A stretch of DNA of 64,000 nucleotides from Narcine bancroftii (taxonomy: Eukaryota), in assembly GCF_036971445.1 (NCBI RefSeq), contig NC_091469.1, positions 450,988,001 to 451,052,000 on the forward strand, in the 5' to 3' direction. Both the position numbers and the translations under genes were made by a program. Within the stretch, counting starts at the first letter, position 1. Every line of letters begins with the position of its first letter. Under the pieces are notes generated by a model. That model was not told the DNA's origin and made no database searches. It saw only the letters and a list, made by a program, of their open reading frames with translations. This document shows positions 52,111 through 64,000 of this stretch, piece after piece.

Positions 52111-53239
52111 GTTTGCATCTTTTGCCAAAGATGCTGCCAGCTCTGTTGAGAATTTCCCAAAGTTCCTTTTATAATTTCAAATTTTTATAAGCTGCAGTTT
52201 TGTGGTTTTTCAGTTCCTCGTTTTATATTTATATAATTTACTGTAACCAAAATAAAGCTTTGTGAGGAACAGTATCTGATGCTTTGTTTTTCTGCAAATG
52301 CTCCACACAACATGCTACGATTATGGAAACAGTTTACATTAAATACAGTTAGCTTATATGTGAAAAAATATAAAGGAAGAACAAATTATAAATTACTAAT
52401 AGCCTTTGAATAGTGATAATTGCATTTAATATACTACAGTCATGGACATAGAGTCATAATATACTAGAACATAGAAACAGACCTTAGTCATCCATGTACC
52501 CAAGTTATCTATCTAAGCTTGTGCCATTTCCCTGAATTTGGCTCATTCTCTAAACCTATCCTATCTATGAACCTGTTTTAATATCCAAATGTCTTAAATG
52601 CTTGGAAATCTTTTGTTTTTTTTTCAAGCGAAGGAGTTAGGAACATTTAAAAGTTGTGAAGGTATTTTAAAATTAAGTACAAAGCAGTCTTCTGATGAGA
52701 CAATTTAACAAAGGAGCTGTTCAAAATCTATAAAAAATGCAAAGATCAGTCACCACTATCACACAAACAATTGTTAATAATTTCAACAATTATATGAGAA
52801 TAATTTGCACCAGTGCACTTGTTTATAAGACCTTTTAAAGACTGTATATGAAATAAAGAAATAATTTAAATGGGTTGAAGGAATACAAGAACCATTAATT
52901 AAAAAAATGGACTTCAATATAGTGAAAGTTAGAAATTGATTCAATTTAGAACAATGGGTATCAAGAATTAAAATACAATTGCCAAAATTGTATGAATTGA
53001 CAGACACATTTTGTTGAATGACTTGGATATATTTCGATGAATAATATGACCACATTCTTTGAATGACAAATGCATTTTTTTGTGGACAAAATGAATAAAT
53101 TCTAGTGAATGACATTTGTAACAAATACTAGCAATTTAATAACCTATCCTCAATGCAGCAATGTTTCTTTCTTTTGAATATTTCTTTGTTTCTTTTTATA
53201 TGAATTATGAGAAAATCTGTTGACCATGGTGGTAGTCTC

Positions 53240-53495
53240 TCCAATGTCCAACTTTGGCAAAATCTTTACCCAGAGAGTGGTAGGTGCCTGAAACAGTATG
53301 CCTGAGGTTGTGCCAGAAGCAGATAAATAGTAACATGTAAGACGCTTCTAGATAGACATAGGAGTATGCAGGGAACTGAGCAATATGTGTCATTTGCAAG
53401 CAGCAGTGTTTTAGTTTAATTTGGACATTGTGTTTAGCATAGGATATGTGAGTAGATGGGTCTGTTCCATGTTGTATTGCTTTATGTTCTCCCAT
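53240..53495 (+). mobile_element. CR1 3' end
   Basis: acccagagagtggtaggtgcctg...ctgttccatgttgtattgctttatg. Confidence 0.65.
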
Positions 53496-53499
53496 TTAC

Positions 53500-53769
53500 A
53501 TTTTCATCCAAATCATTTACTCACTCAAACAGCAGGGGTCCAAAAACCAATCCCAAACCCTAACCCTACAGAACACCACTGGTCACAGACCTCCAACCAC
53601 CAGAAATCCCTGTCTACTATGGGCAAGCCAATTCTGAATCCTTTGCCAAGGATCCCATGCAGCTTCATCTTCTGGATCAGCCTATCATGAGGGATCTTGT
53701 TAAATGCCTTACTAAAATCTATGTAAGCAACATCCACTAGCTTTCCTTCATCAATTTTGTCACTTTCTC

Positions 53770-53824
<55 letters not shown>

Positions 53825-54300
53825 CAAACTTGTAAGACGTGATTTGTCCCACATAAAGCCATGCTGACTATTATTAATCTGAACCTGACTTTCCAAGTAT
53901 GAATAAGTCATAACCCTAAGTATTTTCTCCAACAGCTTCAGTACTGGCCTATGATTTATTGGATTTTCTCTTTCACTTCTTGAACAAAGGCACACTATTG
54001 GCTAATCTCCGGTCCTCTGGCAGTGAGGATATAAAGAGCTTTATCCAGACCCCAGCAATCTCCTCCTTTGGCTTTTATCAATAACCTGAGATACATTCTG
54101 TCAGGTGCTGGGGATTTGTCCAACTTCAATGTTCTTCAAAATATCTCACACCACCATTAGCTTTCCCTACACTGCCCTCACTATCCTCTTCTCCTTGGTG
54201 AATCTTGGTGCAAAGTACTCATTAGTACTTCACACTTATCCACCAAGCATAAATTCCCTCTGTTATTCTTGAGTGGTCCTCTCCTCCCCTTAGATATCCC
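53500..54300 (-). mobile_element. CR1 RT fragment containing a (CA)n microsatellite
   Basis: DVAYIDFSKAFNKIPHDRL and SQHGF. Confidence 0.8.
53773..53823 (+). repeat. (AC)n microsatellite, about 25 units
   Basis: Seen directly. Confidence 0.98.
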
Positions 54301-54614
54301 TCGTAGTTTAAGTAATAAATTAATAGATAATCTATAAGTTAACTGCTGTGTTCTAAATCTTTGGAAAAGTATAGTGATGCGGTCGATATTACTTACAGAA
54401 TGGAATAAATGCAAACAATATTGAACTCCCAAAGAAAAAACATGGACACTTATTCTGGCATTTTATTTTATGATAAATATATCAAATATAGATGATTGAT
54501 TTACATCTTTCCAATAGCATATTTTCATGAAATAGATGTGAGATAGAAAAACTACTCAAACTTCAATAAAACATGGAGAAAATTGATAGGGCTTTATTAA
54601 TAGGGCTAGGTAGG

Positions 54615-55216
54615 TCCTCTACCGGCACCACCTACGGCTCCTAGAACGCTTCCACCAGCGTTGTCTCCGCTCCATCCTCAACATCCATTGGAGCGCTTAC
54701 ATCCCTAACGTCGAAGTACTCGAGATGGCAGAGGTCGACAGCATCGAGTCCACGCTGCTGAAGATCCAGCTGCGCTGGATGGGTCACGTCTCCAGAATGG
54801 AGGACCATCGCCTTCCCAAGATCGTGTTATATGGCGAGCTCTCCACTGGCCACCGTGACAGAGGTGCACCAAAGAAAAGGTACAAGGACTGCCTAAAGAA
54901 ATCTCTTGGTGCCTGCCACATTGACCACCGCCAGTGGGCTGATAACGCCTCAAACCGTGCATCTTGGCGCCTCACAGTTTGGCGGGCAGCAACCTCCTTT
55001 GAAGAAGACCGCAGAGCCCACCTCACTGACAAAAGGCAAAGGAGGAAAAACCCAACACCCAACCCCAACCAACCAATTTTCCCCTGCAACCGCTGCAATC
55101 GTGTCTGCCTGTCCCGCATCGGACTTGTCAGCCACAAACGAGCCTGCAGCTGACGTGGACTTTTTACCCCCTCCATAAATCTTCGTCCGCGAAGCCAAGC
55201 CAAAGAAAAGAAAAAG
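54615..55216 (+). mobile_element. RTE-clade LINE 3' end (young, open frame)
   Basis: Uninterrupted frame LYRHHLRLLERFHQRCLRSIL...QLRWMGHV.RM...CNRCNRVCLSRIGLVSHKRACS* (stop at 55153). CpG-rich, (aaag) tail, candidate TSD aggtagg. Confidence 0.92.
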
Positions 55217-55590
55217 AGGTAGGGAATATTCCTATACCCTCTCCATTTATAATACTGTTTATTAAACAAAAGAATAATAAAAATTCTGTGCAAGGCTTGT
55301 AGTTTTCAATATAATCTAATCTAATACAATCTATAATATAATTTAACAGAATTTTATGTCAGAAAAACCTGTTTATGAATTGAAAATTCCTGTGTATTAT
55401 AACCCAGTGTACATTTATTTAACTCTTTCTTTAATACAATGAATGATGTTCTTCATTACAATTCAATAACTAATTAAGAAACAATACTATTGTGTAATTG
55501 CTTGGAAGTAAGATCTGTCACTCTAAAAATTGCAAATGCAAACAGAAAAGAAAATCAGAAGATTTCTTTTCTGTTATCAGGAATTCCTAC

Positions 55591-55725
55591 CTCTAGTACA
55601 AGCCAAAGCTGATGTTTATTCCTTGCATCCTTCTTATAGAACATTCCATAGAACTTGACAACATTTTCATGATCCGAGAGGGCTTGGAGGATGTTGTACT
55701 CAACCTCGATTTCTTCATCAATGTC
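55591..55725 (-). CDS. MYO3A: Myosin IIIA kinase-domain exon (alphaC region), 135 bp, phase 0/0
   Basis: Reverse complement: ctttttaatcttAG|GACATT...CTAGAG|GTagga. Translates to [50 protein letters not shown] matches MYO3A rather than MYO3B (LPNH). Confidence 0.95.
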
Positions 55726-55832
55726 CTAAGATTAAAAAAGAACAATTGAAACATTTATTATATTCTATATTAAGCTTTCCAATTATGACACCATCTTTCA
55801 GAGCACCAAATTACAAACCAAGGCACTTAATA

Positions 55833-56044
55833 CAGTAAAATACCCAGCATCTAGCACCAATGGGGATTGGTAGATGCTGGATGAGTGAATTTTCTGGTTG
55901 CTTGAAATTGCATGTTCCGTGATTGTCAAACTGATTACTAGGGAGCACCTATTTAAAACTTGCATATATATTTTCCACAATTTTGTTTTGTCAGTTGCCT
56001 GAGGCTCACAATTGCTTGAATCCCAGATAATGGGGATTTTACTG
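55833..56044. mobile_element. TcMar/pogo-type MITE about 105 bp upstream of a MYO3A acceptor
   Basis: TA|CAGTAAAATACC...GGGATTTTACTG|TA. Confidence 0.8.
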
Positions 56045-56379
56045 TATAAGATTAATGTATGTTATTGTACTACCAAGATAGCAATCTTAACATAATAAAT
56101 GAAATGGCATTAAAAAATCTGGAGGTTTCTCATCAATTTGAAAAGCTCATCCTCAGTCCCTCTGATTGCCTTTGAATCCTAGTTGACTAATTTTAATTTT
56201 ACAAACATTAAAAGGTCAGGCCTCACTTTCAATGTTTACAGTAGTACCCTTCTCTCTGTTTGCACATGTTCCTGTTGACTTTTAATTACTCTCATTATTC
56301 CCAGCAATCTAAATTTGATCCATTTACAAGAGTGAATATGTATCACAAGTTATATCAGGGGAATTTATGACATTGGATT

Positions 56380-56660
56380 ATTGCCCTTCATTCTCTTTCT
56401 GACCCTTCCACTGACTCTCACTTCATTTAACTACTCTCTGTAATTGGATCCTGGACTTCTTAACGGAAATACTACCGTCTGCCTGGGTCGGTAGCAGAAT
56501 ATTGAGCAGTGTCACACTGAGGACTGGTACACCTTAGGGCTGTATGCTCAGCCTGCTCTTGTTCATGCTACTGACCCATGACCGCATCGCCAGATCCAGC
56601 TCCGACAGTGTCATCAAGTTTGCAGATGACACAACAGTAGTTGGGCCTTATCAGCAACAA
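56380..56660 (+). mobile_element. Rex/Babar RT (left part of the element that resumes at about 63110)
   Basis: WILDFL, LSLLLFMLLTHD and VIKFADDTTVVG. Confidence 0.85.
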
Positions 56661-56999
56661 AAAAGAACCAGAGAACACTACAACACAGAATCAGGCCTCC
56701 TTGGCCCTTCTAGTCTGTGCCGAACCATTTTTGTACCTAATCCCACTGATTTGCACTCAGTCCATAGCCCTCCATCCTCTCCCATCCATGTACCGGTCCA
56801 AATTCTTCTTAAATGTTAAAATGTACCCTGCATTCACCACTTCAGCTGGCAGCTTGTTCCACACTCCCATTAATCTTTCTGTGAAACATTTACGTTTTCA
56901 CTCTGAGACCATGACCTTGTTTGTATCTCACCTACCTTCAGTGGAAAAAGCCTATCTATATTAACTCTGTCTATCCCCGTCATAATTTTAAATACCACT

Positions 57000-59665
57000 T
57001 TTTTTTCATCTATATGTAGTTTCTATTTTTTTTCTGAAGCCATACGTGTTAATTATAAAAGAGAATGATCTGACATATTCTACTTTTATATTCAATGGAT
57101 ACTACATGTCCTTGCAAATGAGCTGATAATAAAAAAAATCTATTCTAGAATAAGAATCATATCGGGATGAATAAAATGAAAAATCTTTTTCCTTAGGATT
57201 CAACCTTCTCCAAATATCAACTAAATTCATTTCTTTCATTAATACTAACATTTGTTTTGCCATTTTGGATCTAGTTACTAATTTTGGAGATTTATCTTTT
57301 AATGGATCCAGACAGCAATTAAAATCCCCTCCCATCATTACCTTATCATATCTCTACACCAAATTAAAAAAAGGAATCCTGAATAAATTTCTTGTCATCA
57401 ACATTTGGCATATAAATATTCATAAGTGTCCAGAATTCCAAATAGATTGGACAATTAAGCACTAAAAGTCTTCCCACTGAGTCACAAACAATTGATTCTA
57501 ATTTGAAAGGCAATTTCTTATTAATTAAAATAGCCACACCTCTCGCTTTTGAATTGAAAGAAGAAGCTGTAACTTGACCAACCCAAATCGTTTTCAATTT
57601 CTGATGTTCTTTTTCAGTCAAATGAGTTTCTTGCAAGAAAGCATACCTACTTTCAACATTTTTAATATAACCCAAAACTCTCTTTCTCTTAATTGTATTA
57701 TTGAGCCCATTAACATTAAATATCACAAAATTTAATTTACTCGCCATCATATTTAATATCGTGAATGCCAAACTTCTGCTGCCTGCTGTTATGGGACCCC
57801 CATCTGTGGTTAAACTGCAAAACAAAATACATCTCCTCGATAGAAAAGAAAGAAACCCTTAAAAAGAGAAAAAATATATAAACCCATCCGAAAGAAAAAA
57901 TACTGACAAGCAGTACTACCTCACTCTATTATACAGGAAGTGATCGACGTCACCAAGTGGCCAATGACTTTGGAAGGAGAAGCAAACAAAACCCCCCCCC
58001 CCCCCGACAGAACAATTAAGTAAAACTAACAATACTTAAAAAAAAAACATTTAAAGTATCATACACTGCTTGTAAATCTCTTAACTTGGTCGTCATCAAT
58101 ATCAATTTCAGTTAGTTCGTGGCATTCCATCTCCTGTGAACCATCTTTCCCTCCTTGAGCTGTCTTCAATTGTTGAGAAAGTTGATCTTGTCTTTTTTTC
58201 CTGCTTATTTTCAGGCAATGAATTCGCAAATAGATCATCAGTAAAATGGGTTTGATATTCACCATAAAAAACCTTGGGAGTAGCAGGGTATCTAAATGCA
58301 AATTTATATCCTTTCTTCCATAATACAGATTTAGCAGGGTTAAATTCTTTATGCTTATTAATAATAGTTTGGCTCAGGTCTGCATAAAAAAAACCCACTA
58401 TGTTATTCTTGACCAAAAAAAGGGTCCGGTGCCTTCTTGCATTTTGAACTGCGACTCTTAAAATCATTTCTTTGTCTTGATAACCTAGAGATCTCATTAA
58501 AACAGAGTGTGGCGGTTGGCCAGTTAAAGGTTTCTTCCTAATAGCTCTGTGTGCTCTGCCTAATTCCAAACCATTTGGAAAATAATCTCTTCTCAAAACT
58601 TCAGGAATCCAATTCTGAAAAAACTGTACTGGATCTGAGCCTTCAAATTCTCCCAGTCAATCGACAATCTTAACCTTATTTCTACGACTGATTTTCCAAA
58701 ACATCAACTTTTTAAAATAAATCATTTCTTTGTACTTCCCAAGCAGTAAAATAATCCTCCATCTTAATAACCATATCTTTACATTCTACCACATCTTCAC
58801 GACAATCCTAAAACTCCTCTTCAATTTTCCAAAATTTAATTTGCATTTTATCCACCAGCTTTGCACGTTTTGCCACATCATTCTTAGTAGTTAACATTTT
58901 ATCCTTCAAACTACTAAATTGTTCCTCCATAGATGAAAAACCTTGACTCCTTTAAGTTTGCATTTGTTTAGTTAAAATATTAAACTGACCTGATGGGGTT
59001 GCATGAGTTTCAGGCCCAGTTTTATTCTCAGTATATTGAACAGTCTTATCTAAGGACCTGCCCTGATAAATGACTGATCCCTCTTCTTCAGTCGTTGGAA
59101 AAATTTCCTCTTCTTCAGCCACCCCAATGATGTCTTCCTCCTCCTCCTCCTCCTCCGTTGACACAAACAGCAGCTTCATCTATTGGCGGGGTCTTGGCTT
59201 CTCCCTCAACAGCCCAGCACTGCTGGACTCTGAGGAGTCGGCCCCTCCTGCAGCGAGAATCAGACCCTGTGCAGTGCACATGTGGAGAGTTGCGCGCACG
59301 CGGAGCTGCTCCTAAGAGTCAGGAGGAGGACGTCTCCGAGCTCCAGCATCATCAGCGCTGGAGTTAGCTGAACACTAGGCGGTGGGTGTCACATCGACTT
59401 TGGTGGATGAGAAAACAAATCTGCAGGCTCCGTTTGCCAGGCCCAAGCTCTTCAGTAGTTGCTGTTTGTTTCAGTCATTTTTTTTCCCCAATCTGTTGTT
59501 TCTTCTTCCTCATGATCGCTTCCAGTAATGTTTATAATAATTCCAAAAAAAACGTACTATTGTTATTTTATGCTAAAAACACCATTTTTTGTTCGGGTTT
59601 TGGAAAATTCTGCTGGGAGAGATGTCTTCCCATGTCTCCCACCTATGCCATCATGCCAAGCCCCC
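57000..59665 (-). mobile_element. L1-clade element: 5'UTR, ORF1 and APE endonuclease only, short A-tail, 16-bp TSD
   Basis: Starts GGGGGCTTGGCATGATGGC. ORF1 ELGRAHRA and FYADLS. ORF2 FNVNGLNN, FLQETHL, GGDFN, YSRIDFF and SDH. TSD aattttaaatacc(a/t)ct at 56984-56999 and 59666-59681. Confidence 0.9.
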
Positions 59666-60469
59666 AATTTTAAATACCTCTATCAAATTTCCCCTCATTC
59701 TCGCTACAGGGAATAAAGTCCTAATCTGTTTAACCTTCCCTTTGTTATTCAGCTCCTGAATTCTGGGCAACATCCTAATAAATCTGCTCTGCACTCTTTC
59801 AATCTTATTACTATCTTTCCTGTAGTCAGGTGACCAAAACTTCATACCATACTCCAAATTTGGCCTCACCAATGCCTTATACAACTTTAACATAAAGTTC
59901 TCCCAACTCCTGTAACTCAATACTTTGATTTATCAAGGCCGACATGCCATAAGCTCTCTTTACAACCCTATCCAGCTGGGATGCCGTTTTCAGGAAATAT
60001 GCACGGTATCAGTTGTTACATACTAGACAACAGCAATAGAAATGAGCCCAGATGATGGTATATTTAAAATAATATTTTTAAGTATTAATTAACAATAACA
60101 TAACACCTTATCTAACTTCTTTACACTTATCTGAACTTACCTACCTCAACCCCCAACTATGTGCTAACATACTGGTGTGTGTGTAGAATAACTTAAGCCA
60201 CTACAGCTTAAGCCCCAATTCTCAAAAGGTTCAAAGTTCAGTTTCGGAAATTCAGGTTGCCACGTAGGCTTGAAATTAATGCGACATACAAGCTTTAGAT
60301 GAAATTAGCAGTTCCTTAAGTGGGTGAGAGAGTCCAGGGTTGACAGCATGTTTAAAAACTCACAAAACCATTGTCGAAGTGCTTCCAGCGAAATGTCCAT
60401 TTTTAGACAAGTGATAACCAAAACTCCTCCTTTCTTTGGCATAGGGGACACAAAGCTTCCAAAACCCTT

Positions 60470-60945
60470 TTTCTTGTCAACCAAACTTAAGACACACTCT
60501 CAAGCTCACATGTCTATTCATGGCCTTTCACACTATCCACCCTGACCACCGGCAGATTGGAGGAACAACACCTCATTTTTCATCTGGTCACCCTCTAGCC
60601 TCAGGGAATGAACATTGAATTCACTGCATTCCAGTAATCAGCTTGTCTTTTCCCCCCTCCTCCCTTTAACTAGATATTCCAATTCTTACTTCCTTTCTCT
60701 CTCCACCTAGCCTAGACTCCTTCTACCCCCTTCCTGCAGTCCTTCCCCCCACCCTAAACCTACCATCTCCACCCTCAGCATCTCCTCTCCCCCCTTCCCC
60801 CTTTTGTTCGGACATCTCTCGTGTACCCCCACACCTTGATGAAGGGTCAAGCCTGAAATGTTGGTGATGTATTTTTCCCTTTGGTACATAAAGGCACTGT
60901 TTGATGCGTTGAGTTCCTACAGCATTTGTGTGCTTTTTCAAGTGA
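60470..60945 (+). mobile_element. Penelope 3' end with terminal hammerhead-like motif
   Basis: RLEEQHLIFHLVTL.PQGMNIEF and accTTGATGAagggtcaagcctGAAAtgTTggt. Confidence 0.8.
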
Positions 60946-61495
60946 CACTCACACTGGGTCACCATCCAAATACATTATTTCTTCTGCTTTCAGAACTTTT
61001 TCCCTGGGTAGCTGAACAAAGTGACTTTCACTTTTGATCATCGAATGGTATTCTCATTTCCCTACAATCTGGAGAAATCAGACAGTTTGTCTATAACCAC
61101 ACACGCAGCAACAATCAGCAAAGTATCCCTTCTAAAGGATAATTCTCCAAGTACTGACTTCTCAAAATGGCCACACTCATTCTCCTCTAACAGGAGGAAA
61201 TCAGACAGGTTGACTTTAACCACACAGGAGGCCAATCCAGTACAATATTTCTTCCAAGAGCTCTTTGCTCCTGTGCTGTCTCCTTAAAAATTGCACCTGA
61301 GCAAAAATGTGCACTCGATCTTGAATCAGTTGTTCATTTGGTCTCTGCCCTTGGGTTTCCTCTCTTTTCAAGAGGTATCCAATTTAGGAACATGATGTCT
61401 TCAACCTGCTGTTGGTTCACAGTTACTCCAAAACATTCAGGATTTTATTAAAACTCTTCTCTTAAAGTGACAGTCCCACACAAATGAAAATAGAA

Positions 61496-62500
61496 TGTTA
61501 CGAACACCGAGGACCCATAAACCCAGCAGCAATATATATTCACAAAGACAAATGGTTACTTAAACAAAAGCTGCTTATAATTATCTTTAAACATGAAAAT
61601 AGGATCAAATTTTAACTTATCACTATTGACTTACTTAACCTAACTTAATCCCCTTCTAATTCTAAATGCAAGTGTATGTAATGTGTGTGTAAGTTCAGAA
61701 AAGTTATTTGGTTCACAGTCTAATCTCACTTCTCATTCCTCCAAGTTCACTGGTTGCAGGCACCAATTCTTATACTGTGCACAGAATTTAACATTTATAA
61801 AGTTCACCAGGCTTTGGTGCTTGAAAGGTAAATGGTTACCACTCAGGAAGGTTCTTGTTAGTTTTCAGAGATAGATTTGTTGTTCCAGGGCATCCACAAC
61901 TGATGGGCTTCCATCAGTCACCTCAGTGTCTTGCTGACGAAACTTGCACCATTAGGGATCTCCAGATGATAACCTCTTTCTTTCTGGTCACCACAGAGTT
62001 CTTTTTTTGTTTCCCTTATTCCAAGTGAAACAATAGACAGCCAGTCCTCTCTTCTTGCATGAACCACAAGGACTGTGACAAGGCTGTCTTCCAAATAGAG
62101 TTTTCCACAAGCTTGCCATTTTCTCCTGTTCCAGTCCCAGCTGCCTCTGCTGGCTGTTACACTGTAGACTGATCTCTATCTCTCTCTCTGAGAGAAAGAC
62201 TCTTTGACTCTCTTTGCTTGCAAAACAAAATGGCCCTCTTACAACAACAAGCTCTACTCCAGACAGAAGGCGGCTTAAATAAGATCTTTCATCTGTTGTC
62301 TTTTGTAAACAACAATTCATTAGTGAAGTCTTCTGGACACTCTTGAAAGCTCTTGCAAAAGCTGTGGAGCCGATATGTCTAGCATGGGGCAGAGCTCCAA
62401 TATTTTAAATAAGATCTGTTTTAGAGTGTTTGTATGTAACCTACTCTAACAAACCTTTCCCAATTTATCTCCCAAAAACATATCAATCTACTCTGTCACA
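61496..62500 (-). mobile_element. Solo LTR (about 1 kb)
   Basis: TGTTAC...GTCACA termini. The first roughly 250 bp resembles the start of the enclosing LTR. Strand inferred. Confidence 0.6.
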
Positions 62501-63109
62501 GGACTGAAAAATGGGAGCACGTAATAGAGTATTCTCAGATCCCTCTGTTCTACTGCACTCCTCAGTCCTTATCATTTACCATGTAAATCCTTTCTTGGTT
62601 TGTCCTTCCAAAATGTAATGCCTCATACTTGTTTATATTAAATGCCATCTGCCATTTTTCATCCGATTTTTCCAGCTGGTCCAGATCCCTCTGCAAGCTA
62701 TGAAAACTCTCTTCACTGTCCACAACACCTCCAAACTTAGTGTCATCTGCAAACTTTCTGATCCAATTTAACACATTATCAACCAAATCATTGATATAGA
62801 TAGCAAACATCAATGATCCCAGCACTGATCTCTGAAGCACACCTTTCATCTCAAGCCTCCAATATGAGAAGCAATCATCCACTACTACTGTCTGGCTTCC
62901 CCCATTCAGCCATTGTCAAATCCAGTTCACTATGTCATCTAGTGTCTAAACCTTCCTGACCAACCTCCCATGTGAGATCTTATCAAAGCCTTACTAAAGC
63001 CCGTGTAGACAACGTCCACAGCATTTTCTTTGTCAACTTTCTTGCTAACCTCCTTGAAAAACTCTACAAAATTGGTTAAATATGACATACCATGCACAAA
63101 GAGTGGAAA

Positions 63110-64000
63110 ATCTTGTGAAGTAGTGTGAGAGTAAGAACCTAAGTCTCAAGGTGGACAAGATGAAGGAGATAATAATGGAATTCAGAAGGACCAGGAATGA
63201 CCACCCCTCCACTACACATCAACAGTTTAATGGGTGTTTATTGGACAGCATGGACTCATAGGGCTGAATTGCCTTGTTAAAGTACTGTAGGTCTAAGTTT
63301 AAATTTAAATTTTAAAAAGAACTCTCTAATAGAGAGAGTGGAAAGCACCAAGTTCCTTCGAGTTAACTTAATTAGTGACCTATCATGGACATTCAACATC
63401 TCCTCACTTGTCAGGAAGGCACAACAGTGACTGGACTTCCTGAGAAGTGGGCAAGTTTACCAGCCACCATTATATCAACCTTCTTTAGGAGCTATCGAGA
63501 GTGTCCTGGCCAGCTGCATCACAGCGTGGAATGGTTGTTGCAGAGAAATGTGTTGGTCAATCCACAGAATCAGAAGAGTGGCAGAGAGAATGACTGGACT
63601 GCCCCTCCTCCACATCGATGTGATCTATTGGGATCATTGTCTGAAGAAGGCGCTCACAATCATTGAAGACCCCTTCCATCCGACACACAGCATCTTTCAG
63701 CTGCCTCTGTCTGGAAAGAGATACAGGAGGATCAGAGCCAGCACCACCAGGCTGAGGAACAAATTCTTCCCATGGACAGTGAGAATGCTGAACGACTAAA
63801 GGAACTGCTCACACTAGCCATCCGAGACTTTCATTTGTACAAAACAAAACAATATTTATTTATTATAGTATAGTACTTTTCCTGCATATGTATTATTTGC
63901 CTGTATGTGTGTCTGGATATTTTTGCACCGAGGACAGAAGAATGCTTTTTCGTTGGGTTGTACTTGTACAATTAGATGACAATAATTTTGACTTGACTTG
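63110..64000 (+). mobile_element. Rex/Babar 3' part, with a small SINE tail at about 63225-63310
   Basis: Continues the RT from 56660. IFQLPLSGKRYRRIRASTTRLRNKFFP, ending in an (acttg)n tail. Confidence 0.9.

Larger units (their letters stand above)
60014..62526 (-). mobile_element. Solo-LTR-like element carrying nested Penelope and second LTR insertions
   Basis: tgttac...gtaata ends with flanks cagt / gagt. Interrupts CR1. Strand inferred. Confidence 0.55.
56665..63100 (-). mobile_element. CR1 LINE split by L1 and LTR insertions (pieces 56665-56999, 59666-60013, 62527-63100)
   Basis: Colinear pieces: 3' tail, LVRPNLEYGMKFWSP, RKFADDTKFGG. Confidence 0.85.

Noticed and set aside
54784-55293. 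169-aa minus-strand ORF
   Set aside because: Antisense shadow of the GC-rich RTE ORF.
58952-59179. Poly-Glu ORF as a host protein
   Set aside because: Lies within the L1 ORF1 N-terminal region between the TSDs.
55726-64000. Search for the preceding MYO3A exon (GKGTYGKV...AVKILDP)
   Set aside because: Not found. The region is almost entirely TE, so the exon probably lies beyond the window.

Overview
Eukaryotic, AT-rich, repeat-dense DNA, almost certainly from a cartilaginous fish (shark/ray-type CR1, V-SINE/HE1-like, Rex/Babar, Penelope and L1 landscape; species not determinable by eye). No prokaryotic genes, CRISPR arrays or RNA genes are supportable. The window lies inside the kinase-domain part of a myosin IIIA (MYO3A) gene on the minus strand. 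Three coding exons with canonical AG/GT sites, all missed by the ORF track, are present: 55591-55725 (135 bp), 14143-14247 (105 bp) and 13832-13931 (100 bp), separated by 41,343-bp and 211-bp introns. Most ORF-track entries are decayed transposon fragments or noise. Notable items: about 12 minimal hammerhead-ribozyme motifs in Penelope termini (several with a recurrent U3 core variant), an L1 that keeps its 5' end, ORF1 and endonuclease but lacks RT and is flanked by a 16-bp TSD, a 135-bp G-rich tandem array that reads as repeated polypyrimidine-AG|GT motifs in the pre-mRNA, a local duplication of a decayed LINE segment, Tigger4-like and Chapaev3-like DNA transposons, a young RTE family and a four-level nested TE stack. 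Family assignments come from motif recognition, not database searches. Repeat boundaries are approximate unless TIRs or TSDs are quoted.
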